DNA of 64,000 nucleotides from an uncultured virus (IMG/VR IMGVR_UViG_2821954623_000003) (IMGVR_UViG_2821954623_000003), one strand, 5' to 3'. Shown: positions 1 to 10,091, counted from the first letter of the stretch. The notes: a model not told the origin generated them from the sequence alone. Program-made: numbers and translations.

Positions 1-429
1 TTACTTAATTACTTTGTCCATAACTTCTTTATATTTGTTAAATTGGGCATCTTCCATATCACCATTCATTTGTATAAGGAAGTTACCTTTTGCGTAAGTA
101 TGAGAGAATAGCATTTGATTACCATTACCTAAATCGTCATAGTATTTCTTAGCTTTTTCAAGATCTTCTTTGTTTTTAAACTCAAATATTCTACCACCAC
201 TATCTTCACCTAATGCTGGAACAAGAATGCGCTTTGCTTCTTTTCTAGTATTTCCAAATTCTTTTTCTGGTAGGTCACTAGGATTGTCAGCTTCTAATCC
301 TGCAGCTTTAAATTCTTCAATTACCTTACCAACCGTGACATTACTTGTCATTGATTTAACGCTGTCACAAGCGGATAAACCAAATAATAATAGAGCTCCA
401 ATAAGTAATACTGCTAATCTTTTAAACAT
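1..429 (-). CDS. Lipoprotein of unknown function
   Basis: Signal peptide with lipobox LSAC; GGAGG RBS upstream. Confidence 0.8.
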   Translation of the reverse strand: MFKRLAVLLIGALLLFGLSACDSVKSMTSNVTVGKVIEEFKAAGLEADNPSDLPEKEFGNTRKEAKRILVPALGEDSGGRIFEFKNKEDLEKAKKYYDDLGNGNQMLFSHTYAKGNFLIQMNGDMEDAQFNKYKEVMDKVIK

Positions 430-494
430 AGTTGTTCATTCCTCCTAATGTAAATAAATCCGTAAATATAATAACAAATTATTTATCTTTATAT

Positions 495-511
495 TGTCAT
501 ATATTGTCGAA
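495..511 (+). promoter_or_regulatory. Tandem Spo0A-box-like site (TGTCATA + TGTCGAA), copy 1
   Basis: Perfect 0A box TGTCGAA at 505-511 with a degenerate copy 10 bp away; same module at 7570 and 11010. Confidence 0.6.
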
Positions 512-629
512 CGGAAATAAAAAAGAGAGCTGGAGCCTTCAAGAAGGTATGGAAACAATTATGAGCTTCAAGGGCTATCTTGGAATTCAATATCACAATT
601 CATTTTTGGGAAGTGTATTTGAGAACCTT

Positions 630-1190
630 TTATTTTTGGATTATAAGAGTGCTATCACATTTACGACAAGCAATCTTCTCTTCCTCAAAAATGAATAAAT
701 TCTCAGCATCACATTCTGGGCATACAACCGCAAATGGTGTTTTTATATTTTTATAACATAGGAAAGAAAGGGCTGCCAGGATTAGAGCTGGTATAACAAG
801 CATCATAATTAAGAATAGGCCCGCAAAAACGCCTCCAATTATGGAAAGTGGTTTCATTAGTTTTCTACCCACGGAGTTTACTTGATTATCCTTCTTACGA
901 AAAGCAGTAACAATGTAAGTTTTGGTTTCTCTTACCTGCTCAAATGCTCTTACCGTATTGTAATCTTGTTCATTCATAGTGGGATAGGAAGTGTTTTGCC
1001 CTTGAAACCCTCGTTGTATATAATAGTTGTTGGACTCTGCTATTCGTGGTGTATACGAGATTCCAGTTCCAGGTATATAAGTTGTTGTTCTTGATTCAGG
1101 TGGAATGGAGTTCCCTCCCGTACCTGTGTATGTAAAGTTAATTTTCACACCCGGGGAAACTTGGATAATTCTACGAAACTTATAAGCCAT
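630..1190 (-). CDS. DUF4236-like membrane protein with C-terminal Zn ribbon
   Basis: N-terminal YKFRRIIQVSPGVKINFT, hydrophobic hairpin, CPEC...CRKC; start moved to ATG 1190 after a GAGG RBS. Confidence 0.6.
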   Translation of the reverse strand: MAYKFRRIIQVSPGVKINFTYTGTGGNSIPPESRTTTYIPGTGISYTPRIAESNNYYIQRGFQGQNTSYPTMNEQDYNTVRAFEQVRETKTYIVTAFRKKDNQVNSVGRKLMKPLSIIGGVFAGLFLIMMLVIPALILAALSFLCYKNIKTPFAVVCPECDAENLFIFEEEKIACRKCDSTLIIQK

Positions 1191-1530
1191 AATATTGTAT
1201 CCTCGCAATCTAATTAATATAATTATTTACTAATTATAACAATTTTTTAGTCTAACATTAATATATTAAGTTAAAACAAATTAATAAAAAAGAGTAATAT
1301 TGAAGTTTACTAATTTAAGGCGTTTAAGGAGTCCTTTTTTATAAAGAAAAGACACCCTAAGATGCCTTCCTCCGACCTGAATCATTTTAACCTTAAATAA
1401 TATCATTTTTCAAATTATAATAACATCTTATAATTTTATAGAAATATATAGAAATTTATACGAAAATATGACATTATATAACATGAATTTCTATTTTATT
1501 TAATATTTTTCCAAAGGAGGAAGATTTGTC

Positions 1531-3492
1531 TTGAAGAAATTGTTTTCATTTTTAGTATTTGTATTTGTAATTTTTTCAGCGAACAACATTTCATTTGCTG
1601 ATGAAGTTATACCATTTAACAAATCGTTTTTTGCATATAACGAGCCATCGTTTACATCTGCAAAGGGAAATGGTGGAGCTCAATATGGACCTCAAAAAGC
1701 TCTAACTGTAAAAGAGAAGCGTTCAGATGGTTGGTGGAAGATAGGAACTTGGGAAGGCGATAAGTGGATTAATACCGATGGGGAAAAAAAGAAAATAGAG
1801 AAACCCTATATTACTTTTGCTGAACCTAAATTCACATCACCAAAAGGGAACAATGGTAATGTTATAGCACCTCAAGTAGTTACGGCGATAGATGGGCAAG
1901 AAGATGGATGGTTAAAGATTCAAACCAATGAAGGAGATAAATGGATTTTCCTTAATTCTGAAGCGGTAAAAGTGGATAAAAATTTCTATGCGTATAATGA
2001 ACCTTCATTTACATCTGAAAAAGCAAGTGGCGGAAACCAATATGGGCCACAAAAATCACTTGTTGTAAAAGAAAAACGTACAAATGGTTGGTGGAAAGTA
2101 GCAACTTATGAGGGTGATAAGTGGGTTAACCTAGATGGGGAGTTAAAAGCATTTGATAAACCATTTTTAGTGTTTTATGAGCCTGCATTTGCATCTCAAA
2201 AAGGAAATATGGAAGTACCTTATAGTCCTACTACTATTAGAGTGGTTGATGGAAATACAAAAGGATGGTTTAAAGTTCAAACTTGGGAAGGCGACAAATG
2301 GATGTATCCAGGTGTTGCAGAGACAGTAGTACTTGATAAAAGCTTCTATAGCTATAATGAACCGTCCCTTATAGCAATTAAAGGAGCAGGTGGAAATCAA
2401 TTTGGTCCTCAAAAATTCTTACCAATATTAGAAAAACGTCCTGATGGTTGGTGGAAAGTAGTTACATACGAAGGTCCTACGTGGATTGCTCCTGATGGAA
2501 TCAAAATGCCAGTGAATGCTAATTTCACTACTTTTGATGAGCCTTATTTAGAAGCTAAGAAAAGTTCTGAGTTTGGTCCTCAAAAAAATTTAGTTGCTTA
2601 TGATGGAAAAAAGACAGAGCAGGGAGATTTTTATCTAGTCGGTACGTATTTGGGACAGAAATGGATGTCTCTTAATGCTGAAAAAGAGTTCAATGAAAAA
2701 AGGGAACCACTACGTCAGGCATTAGGTTACAACGAAAATGATATTGGACCAGATAAAACACCTCAGCAAAGAGTTGCAGAAGCAAGAGCTGCCTTAAAAG
2801 CACAAGGGCTTGATGATACATACGAAGCTGTAAGAATACCTACAGAAGAAGAAAAAGCTGAGTTTTTAAGAAAAGAAGCAGAAAAACAAAAGAATCCAAA
2901 ACAAGGCGTAGCACGTGCTGGAACAGTAACTTCATCTTGGAACATACCAGATGATTGGGTGCAAAAAGGTGACATTGTTATTACACCAGACTCTAACTAT
3001 GGTGTTACAGGACATTCTGGTATTATTGGTAAAGACTTCACTGAAACACAAGGGTTCTCTGGTGCTAATAAAGGAGAATATCTATTAGTACATGCACCAG
3101 GAACATCAGCATCGCCTGCAATCAAAATAATGCCTTTATCAAAATGGGAGTTTATCCATAAGGGAAATCAGGAATACTCTAACTTTGTATATTTAAGGTA
3201 TAAAAAGGATAAGGGAGCTGCATTTAGAGCTGCTGATTACGCCTATAATCATTTTTATCAGAATGGGTCTAAATATCGATATGATATTTTCGGAACTTCT
3301 GCAAAGAGTAACGATTATAAAACATATTGTTCTAAATTAGTTTACTTATCTTTCAGAGATGGAGCAGGAGTAGATTTCTTCCCAGTAAGTAATTTTTATA
3401 TTATACATCCGTATGATTTCTTACGCCCAATGCCAGGGGTAATTGGATTACGGATTCACTCCTTTGGTAAAGGTGGAATGTGGTGGGGTTAA
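1531..3492 (+). CDS. Secreted protein with about 6 SH3-like repeats and a C-terminal permuted papain-like (NlpC/P60, YycO/YiiX-type) domain
   Basis: Signal peptide; ~58-aa repeats of type WWKxxTxEGDKW; GHSGI precedes YCSKLVY (His before Cys = permuted order). Confidence 0.75.
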   Translation: MKKLFSFLVFVFVIFSANNISFADEVIPFNKSFFAYNEPSFTSAKGNGGAQYGPQKALTVKEKRSDGWWKIGTWEGDKWINTDGEKKKIEKPYITFAEPKFTSPKGNNGNVIAPQVVTAIDGQEDGWLKIQTNEGDKWIFLNSEAVKVDKNFYAYNEPSFTSEKASGGNQYGPQKSLVVKEKRTNGWWKVATYEGDKWVNLDGELKAFDKPFLVFYEPAFASQKGNMEVPYSPTTIRVVDGNTKGWFKVQTWEGDKWMYPGVAETVVLDKSFYSYNEPSLIAIKGAGGNQFGPQKFLPILEKRPDGWWKVVTYEGPTWIAPDGIKMPVNANFTTFDEPYLEAKKSSEFGPQKNLVAYDGKKTEQGDFYLVGTYLGQKWMSLNAEKEFNEKREPLRQALGYNENDIGPDKTPQQRVAEARAALKAQGLDDTYEAVRIPTEEEKAEFLRKEAEKQKNPKQGVARAGTVTSSWNIPDDWVQKGDIVITPDSNYGVTGHSGIIGKDFTETQGFSGANKGEYLLVHAPGTSASPAIKIMPLSKWEFIHKGNQEYSNFVYLRYKKDKGAAFRAADYAYNHFYQNGSKYRYDIFGTSAKSNDYKTYCSKLVYLSFRDGAGVDFFPVSNFYIIHPYDFLRPMPGVIGLRIHSFGKGGMWWG

Positions 3493-3509
3493 AATATAAC
3501 TCTATCATA

Positions 3510-3551
3510 TAAAATATAAAAGTGCCCTANNTAGGGCACTTTTATATTTTA
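3510..3551. terminator. Perfect 20-bp-arm palindrome, probable bidirectional terminator
   Basis: TAAAATATAAAAGTGCCCTA-NN-TAGGGCACTTTTATATTTTA between convergent genes. Confidence 0.75.
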
Positions 3552-3597
3552 AAAAAGCCATCCTAAGATGTCTTCCTCCGACTGGATTAAATATTAA

Positions 3598-3945
3598 TCA
3601 TTTTAGTTCGTCGTGTTTTCCTTGTTCCTCATGATCTTGCCCAAATTCAATTTTGCCAGTATGAGGATTATCCCAACGTACGTATTTGTACCATATGTTT
3701 GGTTCATCTTTAAATATAACATGTGCTCCATATTGAGTTTGTTTACTATCAAAAAAAGGTTTAATTTCTAAAACATCTGACTTTGCATACCCTTGTTCTT
3801 CTAAGTGCCACATAATCCCTATAATGGCTGCTTCTCTTAATTTTGGATCACCTGTAATAAAATAACGATCTATTATCCCTTTTCCAATTATAAATAAGCT
3901 AATTATAAGTAATAAAGATGTAATTATAAGAGCACCTTTTTGCAT
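3598..3945 (-). CDS. Small membrane-anchored protein (DUF3139-like)
   Basis: N-terminal TM helix, V.FKDEP...Y.Y motif, AAGGAGG RBS. Confidence 0.6.
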   Translation of the reverse strand: MQKGALIITSLLLIISLFIIGKGIIDRYFITGDPKLREAAIIGIMWHLEEQGYAKSDVLEIKPFFDSKQTQYGAHVIFKDEPNIWYKYVRWDNPHTGKIEFGQDHEEQGKHDELK

Positions 3946-4300
3946 GTATAAATATCCTCCTTATTTTAATTTATCCTTTATATAAGAATAAGGGAATTGC
4001 ACGTTAAAATATAGATTTAGGAATAAAGAAAAAAAGACACCCTAAGGTGCCTTCCTCCGACTTGAACCACTTTAATTTTAATAATATGTATTGGACTCCC
4101 ATCCAAATATTATTTTACCATGTTAAGTTGTTTTGTTCATTGAGAAAAAGGTAAGATACACGAGATGTTTTTCCTTCTTCTGGATCAACTACATCTGGTT
4201 CCGCTGCTGCCAATATATTTTCTCCTCTGCAACTGTATATTTCTATCATACTATATAATTGTCAGTGAGTTTCCATATTATCATTCTGATTTATGGATAT

Positions 4301-4522
4301 TTATATTTTTAAATACATAGCTGAAAAAGAATTCACGACACAATACAAATAAATCCCTATAGCAAAAAATGCTAGTAAAAGTCTTAATAATTGGTCCTTA
4401 CAATATATACTTACTAGTATTCCAAAAGGAATTAGTAAAATTAGCGGTGCACACAACAATAAAACGCCTTTATATAAGCTGTCAGTTGTAATTTGATTAA
4501 TAAGTTCTATATAGAGTGACAT
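4301..4522 (-). CDS. Small two-TM membrane protein
   Basis: Hydrophobic ORF with AAAGGG RBS. Confidence 0.55.
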   Translation of the reverse strand: MSLYIELINQITTDSLYKGVLLLCAPLILLIPFGILVSIYCKDQLLRLLLAFFAIGIYLYCVVNSFSAMYLKI

Positions 4523-4816
4523 ATGATGTCCCTTTCTAAAATTAATCTATTTATTGTTATAATACATTATATATTCCATAAAGAAAAGACACCCTAAGGT
4601 GCCTTCCCGGGACTTGAACCATCTTAATTTTGAAAAATGGCATTGAAGGAATTTCTTTATTTATAACTATATTAGGGATGTTAATAATGGTATTTTATAG
4701 TGATATGAAAAAATTAATTATTAATGAATTTAAAATAAAGAGAAGACCGAACTAGAATAACAATCTAGTTCGGTCTTCTTTTTATTTGTTTACTTGGAAA
4801 ACTTAATTAAAGTTTC

Positions 4817-5110
4817 TTAATTATTACTTGTTCGCCATCCTTCATAATGTCCTGTCCATGAATTTTTACTTACTTCAGTTGCTCCTTTTAAATACCAAGT
4901 CACTCCATCCCACTCTTTTACAGTAGGTATTTCCCCTTTTGATTTGTAACCAGGGAAGTCTTGTTTTTCTTTTTTCTTAACAAAACTTTTTTTATTATCA
5001 ATCGTTTTTAATTTTACACCTGTATCAGTAGGTGTTTCCGCAAATACTCCTCCAGCACCAGATAACATAATTCCAGTTGCTAATGTTCCAATTATTACTT
5101 TCTTGAACAT
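4817..5110 (-). CDS. Secreted peptide, probable LCI-fold antimicrobial precursor
   Basis: Signal peptide ending VFA; C-terminal DGVTWYLK..SWTGHYEGW resembles B. subtilis LCI; own terminator at 4741-4779. Confidence 0.55.
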   Translation of the reverse strand: MFKKVIIGTLATGIMLSGAGGVFAETPTDTGVKLKTIDNKKSFVKKKEKQDFPGYKSKGEIPTVKEWDGVTWYLKGATEVSKNSWTGHYEGWRTSNN

Positions 5111-5455
5111 GAAAAATCCCCCTTTTTTGGAATGAATATTACATAAATAATGATATCATATTATTTGTATTTTCTAACATTTTAATTTATTTATAAATAT
5201 TTTATTGAATATTCAAACTATATGATTTAATATGAAAAGATTTACAAATAATTAGTACTATTAGTAGTGAATCTCAAGTAAATGACTGGAAGAAAATTAA
5301 ATCATTTATGGGGTAAGAAGTATAGAATCCAAGCTTTTTCAATTTAAATTTATATTCAAAAGTTTATTTTCAGATTAGAAAAGGTTAGCTCCTCGATCCC
5401 CTTTTTGAAAATAAAGAAAAGACACCCATATAAGAGTGCCTTTTCCGATAGTTTT

Positions 5456-5566
5456 TTAGCAGAAGCAAGCAGCTCCAACGATGATTAATAAAATAAATAA
5501 TACAACTAATAAAGCAAATCCTCCTGCAAAGCCACAGCCGCCACCGCAGCTACCACCAAAGCCCAT
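5456..5566 (-). CDS. YjcZ/SscA-family small sporulation protein (36 aa, not in the ORF track)
   Basis: MGFGGSCGGGCGFAGGFALLVVLFILLIIVGAACFC; AAGGAGG RBS; FALLVVLFILLIIVG is the family signature. Confidence 0.85.
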   Translation of the reverse strand: MGFGGSCGGGCGFAGGFALLVVLFILLIIVGAACFC

Positions 5567-5821
5567 AATAATTCCTCCTTTAAATAGTAGGAGAAAAATA
5601 AGGAGTCACTCATGTATTTTAATGGATTCAAATTACTTTATGTTTTTATGGATTAAATGAGCAGGTCCTTTTGAAAATAAAGAAAAGACACCCTAAGGTG
5701 CCTTCCTGCGACTTGAACCACTTTAATTTTAATAATATGTATTGGATCCCCATCCAAATATTATTTTAAGTAATGTTGGTTATTGAAAAATATGGTTCAA
5801 ATCTATATTTTATTAAGTATA

Positions 5822-6418
5822 CTATTTGTTATTTTTCACTTCTTCTTTAACTTTTATAATTTTCCCTTTAATTTCGTCAGAGATAATGACATCAATATTG
5901 CCTTTTGTTTTTTTGTATTCTTGAAGTAATTCATTCGCATTTTGATTAAACGTTATTAATGTCCCGCTCGGTGATTCCATTTGTTCTTTTAAAGCTGTAA
6001 TGGTACTGTACATTTTTTTATATTCTTCATAAAGTTCCTTATACTTTTCTGGTTGTTCTTTTGCAGCTTCAGATAACTCTCTTAGGCTCATTTCCATGCC
6101 GATATAGGTTGAGGACACAGTATCAATTGTTTTATCAAATGATTTTTTCTTTTCAGCGATAGCTAGATTGAAATCCTTACGATTATTAATTGCGTTTGAC
6201 CAGGTTGTTGAGTATCCAGATAATACATCCTCGGAGATCATACCCATTGTTTCCGTTGCGATATAAAATGCAGCAGCAGATGCAATATTATTCGCTTCTT
6301 TCTTTTTTTGCTTTTCGGTTTCTTCCGAATTTTTTTGTACCATGTTCATAGATACAAGTGCGATTATTATAACTATAAAACCAATGACACTGCCAATAAT
6401 TTTTTTATTCATATACAT
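5822..6418 (-). CDS. Membrane-anchored helical protein
   Basis: N-terminal TM followed by a coiled-coil-like body; GGAGG RBS. Confidence 0.7.
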   Translation of the reverse strand: MYMNKKIIGSVIGFIVIIIALVSMNMVQKNSEETEKQKKKEANNIASAAAFYIATETMGMISEDVLSGYSTTWSNAINNRKDFNLAIAEKKKSFDKTIDTVSSTYIGMEMSLRELSEAAKEQPEKYKELYEEYKKMYSTITALKEQMESPSGTLITFNQNANELLQEYKKTKGNIDVIISDEIKGKIIKVKEEVKNNK

Positions 6419-6494
6419 TCCTCCAATCGATTGTTCTCGGATGTTAGATTTTATTTATCGAATCAAAATAAAAGCACTCTTTCGAGTGCCTATT

Positions 6495-6839
6495 TTATGC
6501 AGATACAGTAGCTTTATCTTTACGGAAGATACCCATTAATCCGCCGATTAATAATAATACTCCTGGTAATAAGTAAATCAGAGAAATACAAATAAATCCT
6601 CCGATAGCAGCAACAGTCATCATGATACCGCCAACTTTCGCTTTACTTCTTACCATAACAGATCCAACGATTCCTAATACAGATAGAGCTACAGCGCCCC
6701 AACCTAATCCGATAATCGTATTTGCACCATCAGCTTCGAAAGCTGCTCCCATACCACCGATTAATAGTGCAACAAATGCACAAATAATACCAAAAATACC
6801 ACCAATAAGTCCTAATACAAATTCAGCTGTTCGTTTCAT
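6495..6839 (-). CDS. Four-TM membrane protein (DUF4064-like)
   Basis: MKRTAEFVLGLIGGIFGI start, Gly-rich TM helices. Confidence 0.7.
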   Translation of the reverse strand: MKRTAEFVLGLIGGIFGIICAFVALLIGGMGAAFEADGANTIIGLGWGAVALSVLGIVGSVMVRSKAKVGGIMMTVAAIGGFICISLIYLLPGVLLLIGGLMGIFRKDKATVSA

Positions 6840-6857
6840 GTTTAACTCCCTATATAA

Positions 6858-7499
6858 TTATTTAGATTTAAAGAATACTTTATTCTGTTTCTGAGTTTCA
6901 AATTGAATCGTAAAGTCATCACCAGCATTTACAACTTGTGAAATATAACCTTCGCCTTCAGCGCCTTTGTATAATTTTTGATGTAACTGGTTAGGTGTTA
7001 CAGCGGATAGTTCATGATTATATACTTGTCCTTCTTTTGATACTAATTTAAAGTTCATATCAGACAGTAAATATTCAAAATCTTGTGTTTCAGCATCTAC
7101 TACTTTCCCTTTTACTTTAACTAATACCCATTCTTTTCCCTCAGGAGCAGGTTCGTTGAATTCATTTTCTTTTTTTAGAATTCCAAAAGCTTGTTCACCA
7201 CGTATAACTTCTAAAATGGAAACTTCAACTTTCGCTTTGAATTTCTTAAATTCTCCACCATCAGTATTTAAAATAACATCGTCTATAGAAGCAGTTTCAT
7301 TAAATGCTATAGGATTAGAACGGTTACCCTTAGCAGATTCTGTTTTTCCTTCTTTTGAATTATCTTTTTTTGTTTCTTGTTTTGGTTGCTCTTTTTCTTT
7401 TGTTTCTACTCCATTACTAGTCTTCTCGTTAGATCCGCATGCAGCTAAACTAAAAGCAAGTGCTCCTGTTAAAGCGATTGTACCCAATTTCTTATACAT
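6858..7499 (-). CDS. Lipoprotein (DUF4352-like Ig fold)
   Basis: Lipobox LAAC, charged linker, beta-rich C-terminus. Confidence 0.7.
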   Translation of the reverse strand: MYKKLGTIALTGALAFSLAACGSNEKTSNGVETKEKEQPKQETKKDNSKEGKTESAKGNRSNPIAFNETASIDDVILNTDGGEFKKFKAKVEVSILEVIRGEQAFGILKKENEFNEPAPEGKEWVLVKVKGKVVDAETQDFEYLLSDMNFKLVSKEGQVYNHELSAVTPNQLHQKLYKGAEGEGYISQVVNAGDDFTIQFETQKQNKVFFKSK

Positions 7500-7569
7500 T
7501 ATGTTTCCTCCAGTTATGTAAAATGTAAGATTTCCGAAACTATCATAACAGAAACGGTTACAACTATTT

Positions 7570-7586
7570 TGTCATATTTTGTCGAA
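7570..7586 (+). promoter_or_regulatory. Tandem Spo0A-box-like site, copy 2
   Basis: TGTCATA 7570-7576 and TGTCGAA 7580-7586. Confidence 0.6.
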
Positions 7587-8056
7587 CGAAAATAAAAAAA
7601 GAGAGCCGTAGTATCCAATGGGAAAATGATAAGAATTTACCAATGGAAATGAGAGAGGTTGTCCCCTTGCTAATTAAAAACTTCCCCTATGTTGTACAAA
7701 TATTGAATAATACTTTTTATCAGATTTATAGGGGAGATACGGTTTTACTGTGGGAAGGAGTATGTATCAAAAGGTGTACCTTTTGATGTATATATATTCT
7801 TATAGGGTTGGAAAACAGTTCTTTATAAATTTGCGATTTTTTTTTGGTTATTTCAAGATTAAAAATGAGAAAAAATCCTTGATAGATGCCATAATAACTA
7901 TTAGTAAACCAACGCTGTGTGGGGGCTCGCCCACACACGACGAGCCAGTACATACACCCAAAAACAGGGGGAAAGCCATAAATGCAAATCTAAAAAACCT
8001 GTTCAAAATATCGAACAAGTTTTTTAGATACATTCACTTTAGGAAAAAACTTTAAA

Positions 8057-8446
8057 TTACTGGTAATGATGTGTATTACACATATTTTTACAGACATAGA
8101 AATTACCTCCTGATGTTAGCATGCAATGGGTAAAACAATCAGGATAAGATGACATTTGGGTTATAGGAGAAGTTACCCAAAGTTCCTTCATGCACGTCTC
8201 CATACAAGCCCCTATATCTGGTTTATTCTGACACTGTTGAGCACAGAAAGATGTTCCTGGTGGATGGTTATGATAGGACATGATTGCAGGAGAATTTGAG
8301 GACATTTCTACCGGTCCTGGTTCTGGTATTGGTATTGGAGGTCCTGGCTGAGTTGCACAAGGTATTGAGATACATATTGGTTGTTCATAATAGCAATTTC
8401 CATAAGGATCACAGCGACGTATTAAAAAACATTGTAAACATTGCAT
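8057..8446 (-). CDS. Cys/Pro-rich small protein (possibly spore-associated)
   Basis: AAGGAG RBS; twin CX3C...CX3C units; no signal peptide. Confidence 0.65.
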   Translation of the reverse strand: MQCLQCFLIRRCDPYGNCYYEQPICISIPCATQPGPPIPIPEPGPVEMSSNSPAIMSYHNHPPGTSFCAQQCQNKPDIGACMETCMKELWVTSPITQMSSYPDCFTHCMLTSGGNFYVCKNMCNTHHYQ

Positions 8447-8979
8447 AGTGTTTTCTCTCCTTTTAATTCATATATTAATCTAAATGTAAATTAAGGTTTT
8501 ATAAGATATTTTAAGAGTTTTACATAGTCATTCAAATTATAGATTATGAGTAATTTATCTAATATGATTGGGTATTTTTAAGTTTTTACTTGTCTAAGGG
8601 AAACCACTAAGCGGTTATATGGCGAAAGTTTCTTTACCATGAGGGGGGTTCCCCTCATGGTAAAGAAAACGTGAAATAAATAGCGTCCATCGGGGCAACG
8701 CGAAGGGAAGACCGATGTCTTCCCTTCCTACATAAAAAAGGTCCTCCAGATTGTTTAGCTGGGGACTTTTGTGTTTACATAATTATCGTTATTGGAAGTA
8801 AAGTAAACCCCTCTTAATGGGGTACGAACACTGTTCTTGTTATAATTAGTCTTTTTCAGAACGTCTATAATCCTCTTTTAAAAAATATATGTAAATATAA
8901 TAAAAAACGAATGATTAATAGAAATATTCTACGCCACTCGTTTTTTATCGGACTTCTTTTTACTGTACTTTTATTTTCT

Positions 8980-9282
8980 TTATGAGTTATTAGAAAAATA
9001 ATTGTCTATATAAGTCTTTATTTTTTCAAAATCCTTTTCCATAAATAAGATTGCTGGTACTTCAATTATTGGAAGATTATTTTCATTATCAAAAGGTGGA
9101 CACGGTTTGGGAACTACCAAATAGTCAACTGAGTTTTTATCCCTAATATAATTAATTGAAACATCATAATACTTAGAAAAATATTCCTTCAAATCATCCT
9201 GATTCCTTAAAAATGGTAGAGAAAATATTGAACCATAATTTATACCAGCGTCGACAATTAATACAAAGCATATTTTTTTCAT
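8980..9282 (-). CDS. Hypothetical alpha/beta protein
   Basis: GAGGAGG RBS, 100 aa. Confidence 0.6.
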   Translation of the reverse strand: MKKICFVLIVDAGINYGSIFSLPFLRNQDDLKEYFSKYYDVSINYIRDKNSVDYLVVPKPCPPFDNENNLPIIEVPAILFMEKDFEKIKTYIDNYFSNNS

Positions 9283-9437
9283 GATACACCCTCCTCGTAT
9301 AATAAGTTTTAAGTTAATAACTGTTCCTTGAAAATTAAATAGTTTTTATCTTCAAGAGCTACATCAAAAAAATGATGTATGGGTAAAATTTAGTCTTGGA
9401 TACTGGGGGATTTCCCTACCTTATTCAAAGAAAGGCA

Positions 9438-9635
9438 TTACATGCTATTCCGAATGTAATAAAACAAATAAAATACTAAGACAACAACAGTAATAATACT
9501 CGATGCTGTTCTGAAAGTTTTGTTTTCATACGTTTTATTTAACAAGAAGAAGAACAAAACGACCCAGACCCCGTTGGAAAAGAATGATGTTAGTGCATTG
9601 AAAATAACTCGAAACACAAACATAGAGTCTTCCAT
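9438..9635 (-). CDS. Small two-TM membrane protein
   Basis: Hydrophobic ORF, GGGTG RBS-like sequence. Confidence 0.45.
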   Translation of the reverse strand: MEDSMFVFRVIFNALTSFFSNGVWVVLFFFLLNKTYENKTFRTASSIITVVVLVFYLFYYIRNSM

Positions 9636-10091
9636 TAGCTTTTCACCCTAGTCATTTTCCTTATTATACCATTATTAAAAAGTGATGTGCGGTGTTTTTT
9701 TGATTGTATATTCTATACATGCTTGGTTAACATAACGTCTTATTATTGGTAGCAAGGACAAGGAGGAATCCCTACTTTCACAAGGGAACCTCCTTTTATT
9801 GTTCTATGGATCTATTTATTTTTTTATACATTCCTATCCTAGCACGGTTTTAGAGTTCTCGTTTGTTACTGGGTTCGTCGAAAAACTGTATAAAATCTTG
9901 CATACTCTTAGCTTGTTTTTTCTATGGAATGCTGCCGATACCTTTTTAATGCATAAAGAAAAGACACCCTAAGGTGTCTTCCTGCGACTTGAGCCATCGT
10001 AATATGGTATCGGATGCCAATCCAAATATTATTTTACCATGTTAAATTGTTTTATATATTGAGAAATATGAATCAGGTCTATATTTTTAAA

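Noticed and set aside
7726..8055. Three overlapping short ORFs
   Set aside because: No convincing RBS or motif; could not tell which, if any, is real
8595..8630. c-di-GMP-I riboswitch
   Set aside because: Only a superficial GGAAACC match; the second stem and tetraloop receptor are missing
8826..8837. LexA box (CGAAC-ACT-GTTC)
   Set aside because: Spacer is 3 nt rather than the required 4
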